From an uncultured Desulfosarcina sp. (lineage in GTDB: Bacteria; Desulfobacterota; Desulfobacteria; Desulfobacterales; Desulfosarcinaceae): 64,000 bases of DNA. The DNA lies in the NCBI GenBank assembly GCA_963674945.2, contig CAXXWQ010000003.1, forward strand, positions 960,001 through 1,024,000, written 5' to 3'. Position 1 is the first letter of the stretch; each line of letters starts with the position of its first letter. The notes beneath the pieces were generated by a model. It was not told the origin of the DNA. It did no database searches and saw nothing but the letters and a program-made list of their open reading frames with translations. The translations under genes and the position numbers were made by a program. Shown in pieces: positions 47,170 through 58,865 of this stretch.

Positions 47170-49593
47170 CTACTCAGCCAAAGCGGCCTTTGCTCTGCCT
47201 TCACGATATTTCTTGAGTTGTTTCTCCGTGAGCTTTTCTTCCGTGATAGTCATGGTCACCTTCTCCAGCTTGCCGGTGAAGGTGAACGGCACATGATAAT
47301 CCTCGCTGATGGGAGTACCGGTATCCTCACCGATATCCAGGGTCTCGTCCAGGGACATGCGGAAGGCGATGGTTTTCGGCAGCTTTTCACTGGCCACGAT
47401 CTTCCCGTCTACCGTCAGCGTTGCCTTTCCGCCCTTGCCGACGCCTCCGCCGTCGTAAACGAAATCTATCGTGATGACGTGCTTGCCGGGCGTTAGCTTG
47501 TCGTTGCCTTTTACCGTATAACGCTCGACACCGCACAGGTTGTAGTGGAAGACCGGACAGTTATCGAGGAGATACAGCCCGAGTCCCGCAAAACGACCGC
47601 CCTGGGTCATGAGCACACCCTCGGCGCCACCCTCGGGAATCTCCACCACGGCACTGATGCCGAAGGATTTGTTTTTCAGATCTGGCGCCGCGCCTTCGGG
47701 GATGCGGATCATGCCGTCGTAATAGGTGAATTCGTTCAGACCGCGGATATTGCTCGGGCGGTTTTTGACGTCAAGCCGCTCGACCTTGGAGTTGTCCAGC
47801 GGCAGAACATTGTATTTGACCGCTTCGATATAGAAAAGCCGCTGGAGCTCGCGGAGTTTATCGGGGTATTTTTCGGCCAGGTTCTGTGACTCTGAGAAGT
47901 CTTTTTCGATGTTGTAGAGCTCCCATTCATAGCCGTCTATCGGATCCACCGCCTCGGCGATGCTCACCCACGGAGGAGTCGTGGGCGTGGTCGTGGCGAT
48001 CCACCCGTTGTCGTAGATCGCCCGGTTGGCAAACATCTCAAAATACTGGATGGTGTGCCGTGAAGGTGCTTTTGCATCGTCGAAGGCATAGACCATGCTT
48101 ACCCCCTCGATGGGTGCCTGCCCCACCCCGTTAAACAGGGTCGGCGCTTCGACACCTGTTGCTTCGAGGATGGTGGGCAGTATGTCGATCACGTGGTGGA
48201 ACTGGCTTCGTATTTCCCCCCTGGCTTTGATGCCTTTTGGCCAGGAGATTGCGAGGCCGTTTCGTGTGCCGCCAAAATGCGAGGCGATCTGCTTGGTCCA
48301 CTGGAACGGCGTGTCCATGGCATGGGCCCAGCCAATGGGATAATGGTTGAAGGTCATGGGCCCGCCGATTTCGTCCATCCGGCGAAGCAGCTCGGAAAAG
48401 TCCTCCGGTACTGCATTGAAAAAGGTCATCTCGTTGAGCAAACCCTGGGGGCTGCCCTCGGCGGAGGCGCCATTGTCTCCCTGGATGTAAATAATGAGGG
48501 TGTTGTCAAGCTCACCAAGCTCTTCGATGGAATCGATGACACGACCGATCTGGTAGTCTGCGTGGGACAGCGCACCGGCATACACCTCCATCATTCGCGC
48601 GAAGACCTTCTTCTGGTCGACATTCAGGGTGTCCCAGGCTTCGATTCCCGGTGATCGAACCGTGAGTTTCGTATCGGGAGGGACAATGCCCATTTTTTTC
48701 TGCCTGGCGATGGTCAGTTCCCGCTGCCTGTCCCAGCCATGGTCGAACTTGCCCTTGTACTTTTCTATCCACTCTTTGGGAGCATGGTGCGGGGCATGGG
48801 CTGTACCCGTAGCATAGTAGACGAGGAACGGTTTCTTCGGTGCTACGGCTTTCTGCATTCTTATCCAGGCAATGGCCCTGTCCGCCATATCCCGGTCGAA
48901 GTTGTAGTTGGGATCGTCGTGTGGAGGCTCGACGGGTCGGGTGTTCTCTACGATCGCCGGGGCCCACTGGCTGGTGTCGCCGCCGACAAAACCGTAGAAA
49001 TACTCAAAGCCCAAACCGGCAGGCCACAAGTCGAAGGGACCACTCTGGCTGGTTTGCCAGTCAGGCACGTTGTGGTTCTTGCCGAACCAGGAGGTGTTGT
49101 ACCCGTTCTGCTTCAGGATATTTCCCATGCCCTTTTTGGATTGCGAGATCAAGGTGTTGTAACCCGGAAAGCCAACGCCGGCCTCCATGATGCATGCGGT
49201 GCCGACGCTGTGGTGGTTGCGGCCGGTGAGCAGCGCGGCCCGTGTGGGAGAGCAGAGCGCGGTGGTGTGAAATTGATTGAACCGCAGGCCGGCATTCGCC
49301 ACCCGGTCCATGGTCGGTGTCGGGATCGGCCCGCCAAAGGTGCTCGATGCCCCGAACCCCACGTCGTCCGTCAGGATCAGAAGAATGTTGGGGGCACCCT
49401 CCGGTGCCTTGACATCTTCGGGGAAGTCCTTGACCGAATCCGAGGGCCGCAGTCCGATCTTCCCCTTGAAGGGCTGATCCGGCATGGGAAGAATGCTGCG
49501 GTTGACCTCCTTGTCTTCTTCTCCTGTTTCTCCAAATGCGAATGCTGGGCTTAATACCAGACACAAAATAAAAAATATTGAAAATTTTCTCAT
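47170..49593 (-). CDS. arylsulfatase (Cys-type, secreted)
   Basis: PNILLILTDD, LCSPTRAALLTGR, GKNH, GDNG; signal peptide. Confidence 0.93.
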   Translation of the reverse strand: MRKFSIFFILCLVLSPAFAFGETGEEDKEVNRSILPMPDQPFKGKIGLRPSDSVKDFPEDVKAPEGAPNILLILTDDVGFGASSTFGGPIPTPTMDRVANAGLRFNQFHTTALCSPTRAALLTGRNHHSVGTACIMEAGVGFPGYNTLISQSKKGMGNILKQNGYNTSWFGKNHNVPDWQTSQSGPFDLWPAGLGFEYFYGFVGGDTSQWAPAIVENTRPVEPPHDDPNYNFDRDMADRAIAWIRMQKAVAPKKPFLVYYATGTAHAPHHAPKEWIEKYKGKFDHGWDRQRELTIARQKKMGIVPPDTKLTVRSPGIEAWDTLNVDQKKVFARMMEVYAGALSHADYQIGRVIDSIEELGELDNTLIIYIQGDNGASAEGSPQGLLNEMTFFNAVPEDFSELLRRMDEIGGPMTFNHYPIGWAHAMDTPFQWTKQIASHFGGTRNGLAISWPKGIKARGEIRSQFHHVIDILPTILEATGVEAPTLFNGVGQAPIEGVSMVYAFDDAKAPSRHTIQYFEMFANRAIYDNGWIATTTPTTPPWVSIAEAVDPIDGYEWELYNIEKDFSESQNLAEKYPDKLRELQRLFYIEAVKYNVLPLDNSKVERLDVKNRPSNIRGLNEFTYYDGMIRIPEGAAPDLKNKSFGISAVVEIPEGGAEGVLMTQGGRFAGLGLYLLDNCPVFHYNLCGVERYTVKGNDKLTPGKHVITIDFVYDGGGVGKGGKATLTVDGKIVASEKLPKTIAFRMSLDETLDIGEDTGTPISEDYHVPFTFTGKLEKVTMTITEEKLTEKQLKKYREGRAKAALAE

Positions 49594-49768
49594 GGCTCCC
49601 TCCTATATTTTATAAATCGCTACCTGATTTTTTTTATATGATTCACGGAGCACTTGTGTAATTCCCACCAGTCAAGGGCACGAATGAAAGTAATGCCGTT
49701 TGCCTTGATTTTCTGTTCCTGCACGTCCATTATTTTGCTTTTTACGAAGATGACGACAAAGAAGTCAT

Positions 49769-51460
49769 CTATCTGCTCGAAGCCTCCAACATCAATGGCA
49801 GTTCCGCAGGCAAGTTTTCTTTTTGTCGTTCACTGAACGACCGGGTCAATTCCGATAGAGAAATGGGACCCTTCGAACCGTGTACCATTTCGATTCGACT
49901 CCAGGCATAAATGTCCATCGGTTCCCCGAATTTGTGTGTGAGGACATTTTCCAACACTTTTACTTCCTGGGCCGGGTAAACATTCGGTCCGACAATTTCC
50001 AGCAGGAATTGAAACCGGCCGTCCAGACAGGTTGCATTGATATTGACCAATTCATAATCAACATCTTTCGCGAAAGCGGCTTTCAATTCTGCACGTACCT
50101 GCCGGATACGCTCGTGAATTTTCACAGTACCCTGGTTTCCCAGGATCCACCCGTAGCGAATCGTGCCCTCGGAATTTTGAATGGATTTTTGAAAACTGCT
50201 GAAGGCCAGTTCGATGGTCTTTTTCCCCGTCGCATCGCGGATGCGCGTCTCCAATATCGTAATCTCTTCCGGTGACAATTGTCTGATTCCCAGAGCATGC
50301 GCCAACATGATCTTGCGTTGGGCAATGGCGATCGGTTCAACCCTGATCAAATCCAATGCATGATCCGTTGCAAAATACTCGCGAATGATCTGTTCCGATG
50401 TCGCCACGTCGCTAATAACATCATCGTCTATGGCTTTGATGAACGTTCCGTCGAGTTTCGGTTTGAGAACGCGCTTGACCGATCCCGAGGCTGAAACATT
50501 ATTGCTGAGGACACAATGGATGATCAGCTCCGCGGGTTTGCCAAGCTGCTCGGCCAACTGATTTTGCATCGCGGTAACCTGGGTCGTCGTAAATAGCACC
50601 GGAGTATGCACATTGGCCATGACATGAACCGTCTCCCCTTCCGAATAGTTGTGCACATCCCCCAAGTATGTCGCCGGCAGATAGGAAGTTGCTTCGATCA
50701 ACGTGGTTTTGATGGTCTTGGTCAGCCATCGTTCCTGGTAGATCTGCACCAGCGAATGGCCGAGAAAGGCGGCAATCAGCACGAAGGCCACAACCGGCAA
50801 AGTGAAGCGGCGCGCATGGTCGATACGCTTTGCCTGCGCCCCGAACTGTCTGGCCATCCCGCTCAGTATAAATGTTCCCGATGCGACGACCAATATGGAC
50901 AGAAAGTTGGCAAAAAAAAGTAAGAATGAACCGATGCCGCCGCTCACCTCGCCCAGGGCCAGACAGAGACCCGAGTTGGCCAACGGCGGCACGATGGCCG
51001 TTGCAATGGCGACACCCGGCAGCGCAGGGCTGATCTTTTCGTCGACCAGCGCATATGCGCCTGCGAACCCGGCCAGAACGGCGACGAGCAGATCAAACAG
51101 GTTTGGTTGTGTTCGGGAAAGCATCTCGGGGGTAGGCTCGATGTCACCCAACATCGATCCCAGAACAAAACCCATGAATACCGCAGCCACCACGCCGACA
51201 ATCTCTGCTCGCGCAGCTTTCCCAAACAGGACCGTCTCCCCCCTGACCAGCGCCAGAGATATGCCGAAAATGGGGGTCATCAACGGCGCCACCAGCATGG
51301 CACCGATGACCACGGCAGTGCTGTTGGCAATCAGTCCGAAGCTGGCAATCAGGGTCGAGACCGCCACCAGGATGTAGAAACGCAGTGCCGGTTCGGACCC
51401 GTCTGAAATTTCGGCATGAACGATTTTGAAACGTTCCGGTGTAATATTCAGGATCTGCAT
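49769..51460 (-). CDS. DUF389 / TIGR00341 membrane protein
   Basis: VVIGAMLVAPLMTPI, LPGVAIATAIVPPL, LFFAN. Confidence 0.88.
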   Translation of the reverse strand: MQILNITPERFKIVHAEISDGSEPALRFYILVAVSTLIASFGLIANSTAVVIGAMLVAPLMTPIFGISLALVRGETVLFGKAARAEIVGVVAAVFMGFVLGSMLGDIEPTPEMLSRTQPNLFDLLVAVLAGFAGAYALVDEKISPALPGVAIATAIVPPLANSGLCLALGEVSGGIGSFLLFFANFLSILVVASGTFILSGMARQFGAQAKRIDHARRFTLPVVAFVLIAAFLGHSLVQIYQERWLTKTIKTTLIEATSYLPATYLGDVHNYSEGETVHVMANVHTPVLFTTTQVTAMQNQLAEQLGKPAELIIHCVLSNNVSASGSVKRVLKPKLDGTFIKAIDDDVISDVATSEQIIREYFATDHALDLIRVEPIAIAQRKIMLAHALGIRQLSPEEITILETRIRDATGKKTIELAFSSFQKSIQNSEGTIRYGWILGNQGTVKIHERIRQVRAELKAAFAKDVDYELVNINATCLDGRFQFLLEIVGPNVYPAQEVKVLENVLTHKFGEPMDIYAWSRIEMVHGSKGPISLSELTRSFSERQKENLPAELPLMLEASSR

Positions 51461-51887
51461 GAATTTACCCTTTCAGTGACTTCCAGTTTGAGATGTGACG
51501 AAAACGCGAACAGTAGTGTTCGCCTTGCATCTTCGGGATATGAGCGTTTACGCCATTTGAAGGAGATTGGTGTATCCATAGTATATACTTGAAAGAGTGC
51601 CTGCAACTGAATTGTTGAACAGGATGGGTGAGATTGAGTGCAGATTATTCAATTTGATCAAGGAAAGGAAGATTTTCATTTGCACCATTTTCCAATTTCT
51701 TCACGCTGAATATGTACAACGTCAAAACAACCGCCTAAGCGAGCAGATAGGAAACCACTCCTGCCATGGTCTTTTGTCCACGGTTGTTGGTCGTGATGAA
51801 CATGAAATTGAAAAAGACATTCGAGAAGAAAAATCCGGTCCCCCAATATATGACCGGTCGGAAGGACAACCAAAGTAAAAAGCAGAG

Positions 51888-51992
51888 TTGGGTGCCGATA
51901 CCTCAACGGGAAAATCTTTGACCGAATCCTTGGTGCGCAAAGTGAGCACGTCCCTTGAAGGCGCCTTGGAGGATCGGCAAGGAGTATCGATC
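51888..51992 (-). pseudogene. short remnant of a sulfatase paralog 5' region
   Basis: LRTKDSVKDFPVEVSAP versus LRPSDSVKDFPEDVKAP in the intact sulfatase; DNA similar to 49400-49500. Confidence 0.6.
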
Positions 51993-52079
51993 AAGCTGCC
52001 AAGCTTATGAGCTTTCAGCAGTTTTCCTATTTCGATGTTTATCCCGATGCTGAGAATTTGATGGCGTGCTGTTTGCTAA

Positions 52080-52232
52080 CTATTTGTCAACAGCCTCTTT
52101 TGCGGAATCGACTGCTTCATCCACTTTTTTACCGGCTTTTTCCATCGCTCCTTCTTTCTCGCACCCAAGGGTTGCGAGGGCCAAAAAAGAGCACAGAACA
52201 CTGACTATCATGATCATTTTAAATTTTGTCAT
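52080..52232 (-). CDS. small lipoprotein
   Basis: AAGGAG RBS; TLGC lipobox; EGAMEKAGKKVDEA. Confidence 0.75.
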   Translation of the reverse strand: MTKFKMIMIVSVLCSFLALATLGCEKEGAMEKAGKKVDEAVDSAKEAVDK

Positions 52233-53251
52233 GATTTTCTCCTTCGGACTTTTTGCTAATGTCGATGGTATCGGTAAACTTGTCTGCAAACGCAATGCTG
52301 GATATTACACATGCCATTACAACAACGATCAACACAACGAAAGGACGAAAATAATGATTTATCCGATCTCCCTTCAACCATTGATAAAATAGTTGGAAGT
52401 TCCGTTTCGAAAGACCGAGGCCAAGTGCAGTTGGCCTTTCGTGTATGGAAACAAGGCCTATCAGCCCGATACTCAACAACAGAATAAAATCGGTTTCAGG
52501 CATTGATAAGGTCCTTTCCCACAATCATAGACCTGTTCAAGAGTTCCACGAAACGACTCATGTTGCCACTGCTCGTCACGGCGATCTTTATGGCTGGCAA
52601 CCTTTTTCGTTCGGAAAAAAATTGAACGCTATCATCCTGTAGAGCCAAAACATACCCTATAAAGTCAAATTGTTTTCAATTGAACATCGTAAGAAGAGAT
52701 CGCAGAAGGATGAAAGAAGTTTCAAGGGAATATCAATACAAAATTAATGAACGTTCAATTGAAATAATGCAAGACAAGAACATTTTTATTAATGTATTGG
52801 AGAGACGTAACAGATTAATTACGTTAGCGCAAGAGATTATTACCGAAGAGGATACATCACAATCTCTATTGAATAACAACGTAAAGTGACATCGATAATA
52901 CTATTTATTTTTAATCGTAACAGTTATCAAATACCATTTGCATCATATCCAATATCGATGAATTTATCACATTCTACTCTGTAATTGAGATCTTCTATCA
53001 TTGAACTGGAGATATGCGATAAATATGGTTTACTTGATCGGTAGTTTGTGAAATAGTAAAAGATCTGCCCAAAAGCCTTACAAAATTTTCCAGTCACCGA
53101 CCACCCGATATGCGGGTGGATTGGATATTCGTCCCATCGGCCGCATATCCAAAAGCACGTGGGTACCGTAACGTTCGGGTTGTTTCCGGGTGAAATGCAC
53201 CCGGTTTGAATATAACGGATCGATAACTGCTTTTTCGAAGAGGAGGTCGTT

Positions 53252-53686
53252 ATGGAAAAATTAATCTATTCTTTTTGTCGTGCAATGGCCGTTTTGGGCA
53301 TACTATGCTTCCTTTATGCCTGCGCGGTTACGACACAAACCACGGAATCGTCATCCAATACCGTTCAGAATTCAACCGAATCATCAAGCAAATTCACCTC
53401 GAGTACCAGCCCGGGTGGCGATTCAGATTCGGCCCAAAGGGAACAGGCATTGGCTTTTTCCAAAATACAACTCGAACGCATCAAAACCGATATGGCGATG
53501 GGTGGCGGCGAGCATCTGACCTCCCTGGCAACGTTGTTGGGGGTTCCTGCCCATAACCAGCAGGAATTTTTCACCCTGACAAAGGAGAATTTCAGCACCT
53601 TGTTCAGTTCCGAAGAGACAACCGCCGAAGAAATGCTGGCACGGCTCGATGATGAATTAGACGCCAATCCGAATTTGCTCAGATAA
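53252..53686 (+). CDS. DUF3015 family lipoprotein
   Basis: LYAC lipobox; DMAMGGGEHLTSLATLLGV. Confidence 0.8.
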   Translation: MEKLIYSFCRAMAVLGILCFLYACAVTTQTTESSSNTVQNSTESSSKFTSSTSPGGDSDSAQREQALAFSKIQLERIKTDMAMGGGEHLTSLATLLGVPAHNQQEFFTLTKENFSTLFSSEETTAEEMLARLDDELDANPNLLR

Positions 53687-53689
53687 CTT

Positions 53690-55687
53690 GTGCGGCTGTA
53701 CCGAATGGGCCATTTGCGAACGTGGCCCGTAAGACTTCTGCCCTCATCGAAGGCGATTGTCACCGCCATCTGTTTTGCCCTCAACACTTTCTTGCTTTGT
53801 TCGCAAACGGCTCTTTCAATTGCTGCGGCTACAATTGACAATTCCTACCTGCTTCAGCTTCAACAAACGGCACGGCAGGAACGGTTGAGCGAGCATCGCC
53901 AGTGGCAGGTTCTGATGCATTACCGGCAGCGCCTTTTGGCCAAGGGATTTAAAAGCCAGGTGGACGAACCATCTTTCTTCTTGAGTCCTTCCGGAAAATT
54001 TGATCCTCGCGCCGAACTCGATGCCACGATAGCCAGTTTTTTTTCACCTGAAGCAAATGAAGAGGGCGTTGAACATCCCCAATGTAAATTCATTGCCCGG
54101 TATCAATGGTTGAAACGGGAACTGGGCTTTGATACAACACGGCTTCCCGAATATACTTGCCCCCGATTTGACGACTGGATGGCCGAGATGGACCCGCAGT
54201 CGGTGACGCTCGTCTTTCCCGTTGCCTATCTGAACAATCCCGCTTCCATGTTCGGGCATACACTCCTTCGTGTCGACTCCAAGGAAAGGGACGAGCGAAC
54301 GCGCCTGCTCGACTTCACGATCAATTATGCCGCCAGTACCCAGGAAGAGTTGGGGCTGTCCTATGCAATGAAAGGGCTGTTTGGAGGTTATCCGGGCAGT
54401 TTTTCCGTCGAACCTTATTATGTCCAGGTGAAACGATATGGGGACATCGAAAATCGGGACATCTGGGAATACCGTCTTACCCTGTCCTACGAAGAAGTGC
54501 TTCGTATGCTGATGCACACGTGGGAACTGAAATCTGCGAGCTTCGATTATTATTTTCTGGATGAGAACTGCTCTTATCAATTGCTTTCGCTGCTGGAGGC
54601 CGCACGTCCGTCGTTGCATCTCTTGGATCAATTCGGCCTCTGGGCAATTCCGACGGATACGGTACGGTCCGTCAGCACCGTCGATGGTCTGGTATCGTCT
54701 GCAACCTTTCGTCCCTCCAGGAGAACTGTGCTCCAGGAACGGGTCAAGGACCTGAAACCCGAATTACAAGACATGGCAAAATGCATCGGAGACAACCAGT
54801 GTACGGCTGATATTCCTATGCGAAAAGAACTTTCACCTGTAGACCAGGCCAAGGTGTTAGAATTGGCAACGGAATATGTGGGCTACCGATATGCCGTGGA
54901 AAGAGAAGATACGGCGGAAAATGATCCCCTCCTGATGGAAATACTAACATCCAGAAGCAAACTGGAAATACTACCGCAGACACCACGGGTCAGGCAGCCA
55001 CCCCGACGACCGGATCAAGGTCATCCGAGCGGTCGTGCGGGGATTGACTATGGTTATGAAAATGACCGGCATTTTTTTCAGCTGCGTCTCCGGCCCGTAC
55101 TGCACGATTTGATCGATCCGACCGGTGGCTATATCGATGGTGCGCAGCTTGAATTCCTGAATACAGCACTCCGATACGATGTAGATGAGAACAAACTGTC
55201 CCTTGAATATCTTGACTTGGTCGACATCGTGTCCATTCCGACGCGAAGCCGTTTTATTACACCATTGTCATGGAAGGCGAATGCCGGCTTGGCGCGAAAA
55301 CAATTCGATGACCAAGACCGACCGATCACCGGTCACGGCAACGTAGGCTTCGGGATAAGTTACCAACTTTCACAAAAAGTAAGAACTTTCTTGTTTGCCG
55401 AGGCGATGGTCATTATCAGTGATCGTTTCGACGAGAAGCTGGCCATGGGAGCAGGACCGAGTGGTGGTGTTCATTTGGATTTGACCGAACGATGGCGCAT
55501 GGCGCTTTCTGCCCGTTCATTCGCATTTGCATTGGGTTTTTCGCACTTGACCTATGATATTGATGTGGCACAGGCATTCGACCTGACATCGCGAATCGGC
55601 CTTCGGTTTCGTCTGTCCAGGCACCGGGAGTTCGATGTGGATGATCCCTGCAATTCGATATCGGCTAGCTGTCTTGTATACTTCTAA
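53690..55687 (+). CDS. DUF4105 domain protein with C-terminal beta-barrel
   Basis: CKFIAR, NNPASMFGHTLL, ENRDIWEY, YYFLDENCSY; start may lie downstream. Confidence 0.85.
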   Translation: MRLYRMGHLRTWPVRLLPSSKAIVTAICFALNTFLLCSQTALSIAAATIDNSYLLQLQQTARQERLSEHRQWQVLMHYRQRLLAKGFKSQVDEPSFFLSPSGKFDPRAELDATIASFFSPEANEEGVEHPQCKFIARYQWLKRELGFDTTRLPEYTCPRFDDWMAEMDPQSVTLVFPVAYLNNPASMFGHTLLRVDSKERDERTRLLDFTINYAASTQEELGLSYAMKGLFGGYPGSFSVEPYYVQVKRYGDIENRDIWEYRLTLSYEEVLRMLMHTWELKSASFDYYFLDENCSYQLLSLLEAARPSLHLLDQFGLWAIPTDTVRSVSTVDGLVSSATFRPSRRTVLQERVKDLKPELQDMAKCIGDNQCTADIPMRKELSPVDQAKVLELATEYVGYRYAVEREDTAENDPLLMEILTSRSKLEILPQTPRVRQPPRRPDQGHPSGRAGIDYGYENDRHFFQLRLRPVLHDLIDPTGGYIDGAQLEFLNTALRYDVDENKLSLEYLDLVDIVSIPTRSRFITPLSWKANAGLARKQFDDQDRPITGHGNVGFGISYQLSQKVRTFLFAEAMVIISDRFDEKLAMGAGPSGGVHLDLTERWRMALSARSFAFALGFSHLTYDIDVAQAFDLTSRIGLRFRLSRHREFDVDDPCNSISASCLVYF

Positions 55688-55757
55688 CCCATTTTCATTT
55701 CAATGAAATCGATTCCATTCGATCTTCTTGCGTCTCTTCATCCAGAAACGATCACTA

Positions 55758-56579
55758 TCAAAGAAATTGCATGTTCAGAGCGAAAAAAATCTGCCATTCC
55801 GGATACCCGGCACCGTCATCTGCAACCGAATATTGTGGTTCGATAAAAATATTGAATACCGTGCTCCCTTTCCTGACGACTCGCCCGATCCCCAGGCCGA
55901 GAGGCACGCTGTAGGTATCGTTTTCAAAGTTGTACACCCAGACCGGTGCAGATCTCAGATATCTGCCATGACCCAGCTGGTAGAAGAGAAAGGGCTGAAA
56001 GGCACCCGCATTGACATCGTCGCGGTCGCCCTCACCGGCGAAACTGGCCTGCCATGTCAAAAGGTAGCCGTATTGAAATCTGGCGTTTCTGGCGTCAAAG
56101 AGAACTTGGGCAAAACCTGCGGACCATTTTTCACTGCCTATCGTGTCCTTGGTCGCCGTCGGTACCGTAAGCTGCGGCCCGATACCGATGCTTAGCGCCG
56201 GATTTGGCATATCAAACAGATAGGCAGCAAAAACGTTGAAATCACCAAGGCCTGTTTCCTGGTCGGCATCGGGAGAGACAGGAAAGGAGTTGATAGGCAA
56301 GGATGCACGCATCAGCCAGTTGGTTTTTGCAATGGAGAAGGGTTGGGCGTATCGCATCCAGAACTGATTGGCGTTTTCACCGGATTCCGTCAGTTCACCG
56401 ATGTAGTAATTGTGCAAATTGAACGCCACCATGTTTGCCAGCGGGTTGTTGGCCTGGGCCGCTGCATCGGATCCACTTTGCTTCTCATCAGCTGCCGGCG
56501 CTGATTGGACAAAAATGATACAGCAGAAAAAAAGCAAAAGTAACATGAATAGGAAGCCAGAATTGCGTTGTTGAATCAT
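55758..56579 (-). CDS. putative outer-membrane beta-barrel / transporter
   Basis: Signal peptide, [28 protein letters not shown]. Confidence 0.75.
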   Translation of the reverse strand: MIQQRNSGFLFMLLLLFFCCIIFVQSAPAADEKQSGSDAAAQANNPLANMVAFNLHNYYIGELTESGENANQFWMRYAQPFSIAKTNWLMRASLPINSFPVSPDADQETGLGDFNVFAAYLFDMPNPALSIGIGPQLTVPTATKDTIGSEKWSAGFAQVLFDARNARFQYGYLLTWQASFAGEGDRDDVNAGAFQPFLFYQLGHGRYLRSAPVWVYNFENDTYSVPLGLGIGRVVRKGSTVFNIFIEPQYSVADDGAGYPEWQIFFALNMQFL

Positions 56580-57041
56580 GAGCGTCTCCTTCAGAGTCCA
56601 TGAATTTACCGAGATATGTTGTGCCTTGTCCAACCGCCACCGTCTTCATAACCGGTGACAAACCATACTTCCTGATGGGTCCCAGACTGCTTTTGAAACT
56701 ACTGCGTGTGCTCGGTAATGCGGTACGGTTGCAGGATCAGCGGGTGTACCCGGTTGGGGTCCCTGTATTGGCCAGCTTAGATCTCGTCATGAAGAAAGCG
56801 ACGATGGCCATGGAACTGATATACATTGAAATTAGCCTCCGAATCGCACCCTTGTCAAATGTTTCGTTCGATGCAAACCGGATCAGCCAAAGAAAAGTCA
56901 CAACCAAACGAGCAGGTTATATCGATAACATAAAAAAAAATACGAGCAGGCCTTTATCCAAAGCGAAAATTGCTTGGAATTGTTCTACTCTTTCCATGTT
57001 ATCACCTCTGTTTTCACGATTTCTTGGAAAGGTAGACAGCA

Positions 57042-58064
57042 CTACTCCAAACGCATGCGAGAAATAATTGTTTCAAGTTCACCGGATTTACGCATTGCCG
57101 CGATATCCGCACGTAACTTTTCGGCCGCCGCCGGATCGGCAGCGCCCAGGACGAAACGCATGGGTTCATCCTTGAAGACGACGTCGTCAGCGGTCTGGAG
57201 ATTGTTTTTACGAATGATGCCCTTCAAGGTGTCCACATATTTTTGGCCGCGCTCGGAGTAGTTTTTCAAGCCATCGGCAAGTGCCAGGGAAGTTAGCTTT
57301 TCCCCCTTTGTCTTGTACTCGGCCCGAATTCGGCGAAAATCTTCATAGGCAGGGTGTGAACTCAGGTTGATGAAATAGCCGCGGACGCTATCGAAGGGCC
57401 AATCGAAGTTGGCAATCCGGTGATCTCCCAGTTCTTTGCGTTGCTGCTGCGGTGTCAGCCCTTTTCCGCCGAATGTCCATTGTCCGAACAGGGCATTGCC
57501 CTCCACGGCGAACCGGGATGTGCCGTAGCCGCTCTCGTAGGCGGACTGCCCTAGCGCCAGGGAAGGCGGAATGACGTCCAGTTTGTACAGCGCCTGGTCG
57601 ATGACCTTGCTCAGGCCGGCACGATCCATCGGCTGGTCTGTCTTTTCTTCGTCCAAAATACGCAGCACTACGGCGATCTTTCGCAGCCACGTCTCATCGT
57701 CTTTTGCTATAGGTTCTGCCTTGGCAATGCTGTCCTGTATTCGCTGCAACCGTTGGCGGTGGTCCAGAACCATGGTATTGGCGTGCAAAACCAACGGCAG
57801 CATGAAGCGATAGAAAATCTCTTTTTTGGTTCCGACCGGAAGGTTTTTTGCATTTTTACGCCAGCGCTCGTTGATGGCCACGATGATGGCCCGGGGCACC
57901 TTCAGTTGTTCGGCATGTTTCGCCTCCCCCCAGAAGTCTTGTCTTTCGAACCAGGCGATGGTTTCATCCAGTCCGGGCAGCACCACCACCTCCTGGGCCA
58001 TGAGCGGTGAGGTTGAGGAAAGCACCAAAATCGCTGTCACCAATGCTACAAACCATTTGTTCAT
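57042..58064 (-). CDS. glucosaminidase (Bax-like, GH73) domain protein
   Basis: PPSLALGQSAYESGYGTSRFAVEGNALFGQW, NLSSHPAY, YSERG. Confidence 0.88.
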   Translation of the reverse strand: MNKWFVALVTAILVLSSTSPLMAQEVVVLPGLDETIAWFERQDFWGEAKHAEQLKVPRAIIVAINERWRKNAKNLPVGTKKEIFYRFMLPLVLHANTMVLDHRQRLQRIQDSIAKAEPIAKDDETWLRKIAVVLRILDEEKTDQPMDRAGLSKVIDQALYKLDVIPPSLALGQSAYESGYGTSRFAVEGNALFGQWTFGGKGLTPQQQRKELGDHRIANFDWPFDSVRGYFINLSSHPAYEDFRRIRAEYKTKGEKLTSLALADGLKNYSERGQKYVDTLKGIIRKNNLQTADDVVFKDEPMRFVLGAADPAAAEKLRADIAAMRKSGELETIISRMRLE

Positions 58065-58100
58065 GGGCCTCTCCTTCTTCGGCATTTGTCCACCAATAGT

Positions 58101-58225
58101 GACGGATTCGTAAAAAGTCCGATATCGGCGTTACGCTTCATCCTTCGTCACTGCGGCGTACGATCAGTACGCCTCATTCCTTAAGGACTCGCAAGCTTTG
58201 ATCTCGGGCTTTTTACGAATCCGTC
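58101..58225. repeat. REP/MITE-like element, second family
   Basis: Terminal inverted repeat GACGGATTCGTAAAAAG / CTTTTTACGAATCCGTC; internal GGCGTAC..GTACGCC hairpin. Confidence 0.75.
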
Positions 58226-58268
58226 CCAACAGCGACTTTATACGAAACTGTCAATATTGGAACGGTAA

Positions 58269-58865
58269 TCAAAAATTCATGAATACTGTCGTGTCTTGCA
58301 GGGTGTCGCGTGAGCCCCTGCCCAGCCGTTTCATCAAATTGGCCGCCGTGTTAACCGTTACCGCCAACGGTGCCACCCGATCGGCACTCACCACACAGAT
58401 CGAACCGGTCCAGGGATCGGGCGAACCGGGCAGAAATACGACAACCTTATCGTCCTTAAGACGTTCAACCTCGAAGACGAGCTGCCAGGAATCGTCGAAT
58501 CGGGTAATGGCCGGCCGCAGGTCTTCTATCTCTTCGGGAGTGAGTGCACTCTGGGTCTTGGCTTTGAGAAGTATATACGCCGGAATCCTGTTCAGCACAT
58601 TGGCCTCCAGCGACCGAATGAATTTCCGGGCAGATACCGTTTTGGCTGCCAGCCCCGCAAGAAAACAGATCAAGATTAAAATCACCAAAGCAAACAGGTT
58701 GACGACCGCGACACCGCCAACCGGTTCGATGGCGAGAAGATTCGCCAATGGTTCTGCAATCTTATTCGTCAGCAACAGGGCCTTGCCGATGACGACGATG
58801 AATACGACAATGGGAATGATAAACACGATTCCACCGAGAATTGTGGTCTTCAAGAACCTGAACAT
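58269..58865 (-). CDS. DUF502 membrane protein
   Basis: LGGIVFIIP, RIPAY, VFLPGSPDPWTG. Confidence 0.8.
   Translation of the reverse strand: MFRFLKTTILGGIVFIIPIVVFIVVIGKALLLTNKIAEPLANLLAIEPVGGVAVVNLFALVILILICFLAGLAAKTVSARKFIRSLEANVLNRIPAYILLKAKTQSALTPEEIEDLRPAITRFDDSWQLVFEVERLKDDKVVVFLPGSPDPWTGSICVVSADRVAPLAVTVNTAANLMKRLGRGSRDTLQDTTVFMNF

Noticed and set aside
53100..53210. Structured RNA upstream of the DUF3015 gene
   Set aside because: Short hairpins only; no recognisable family
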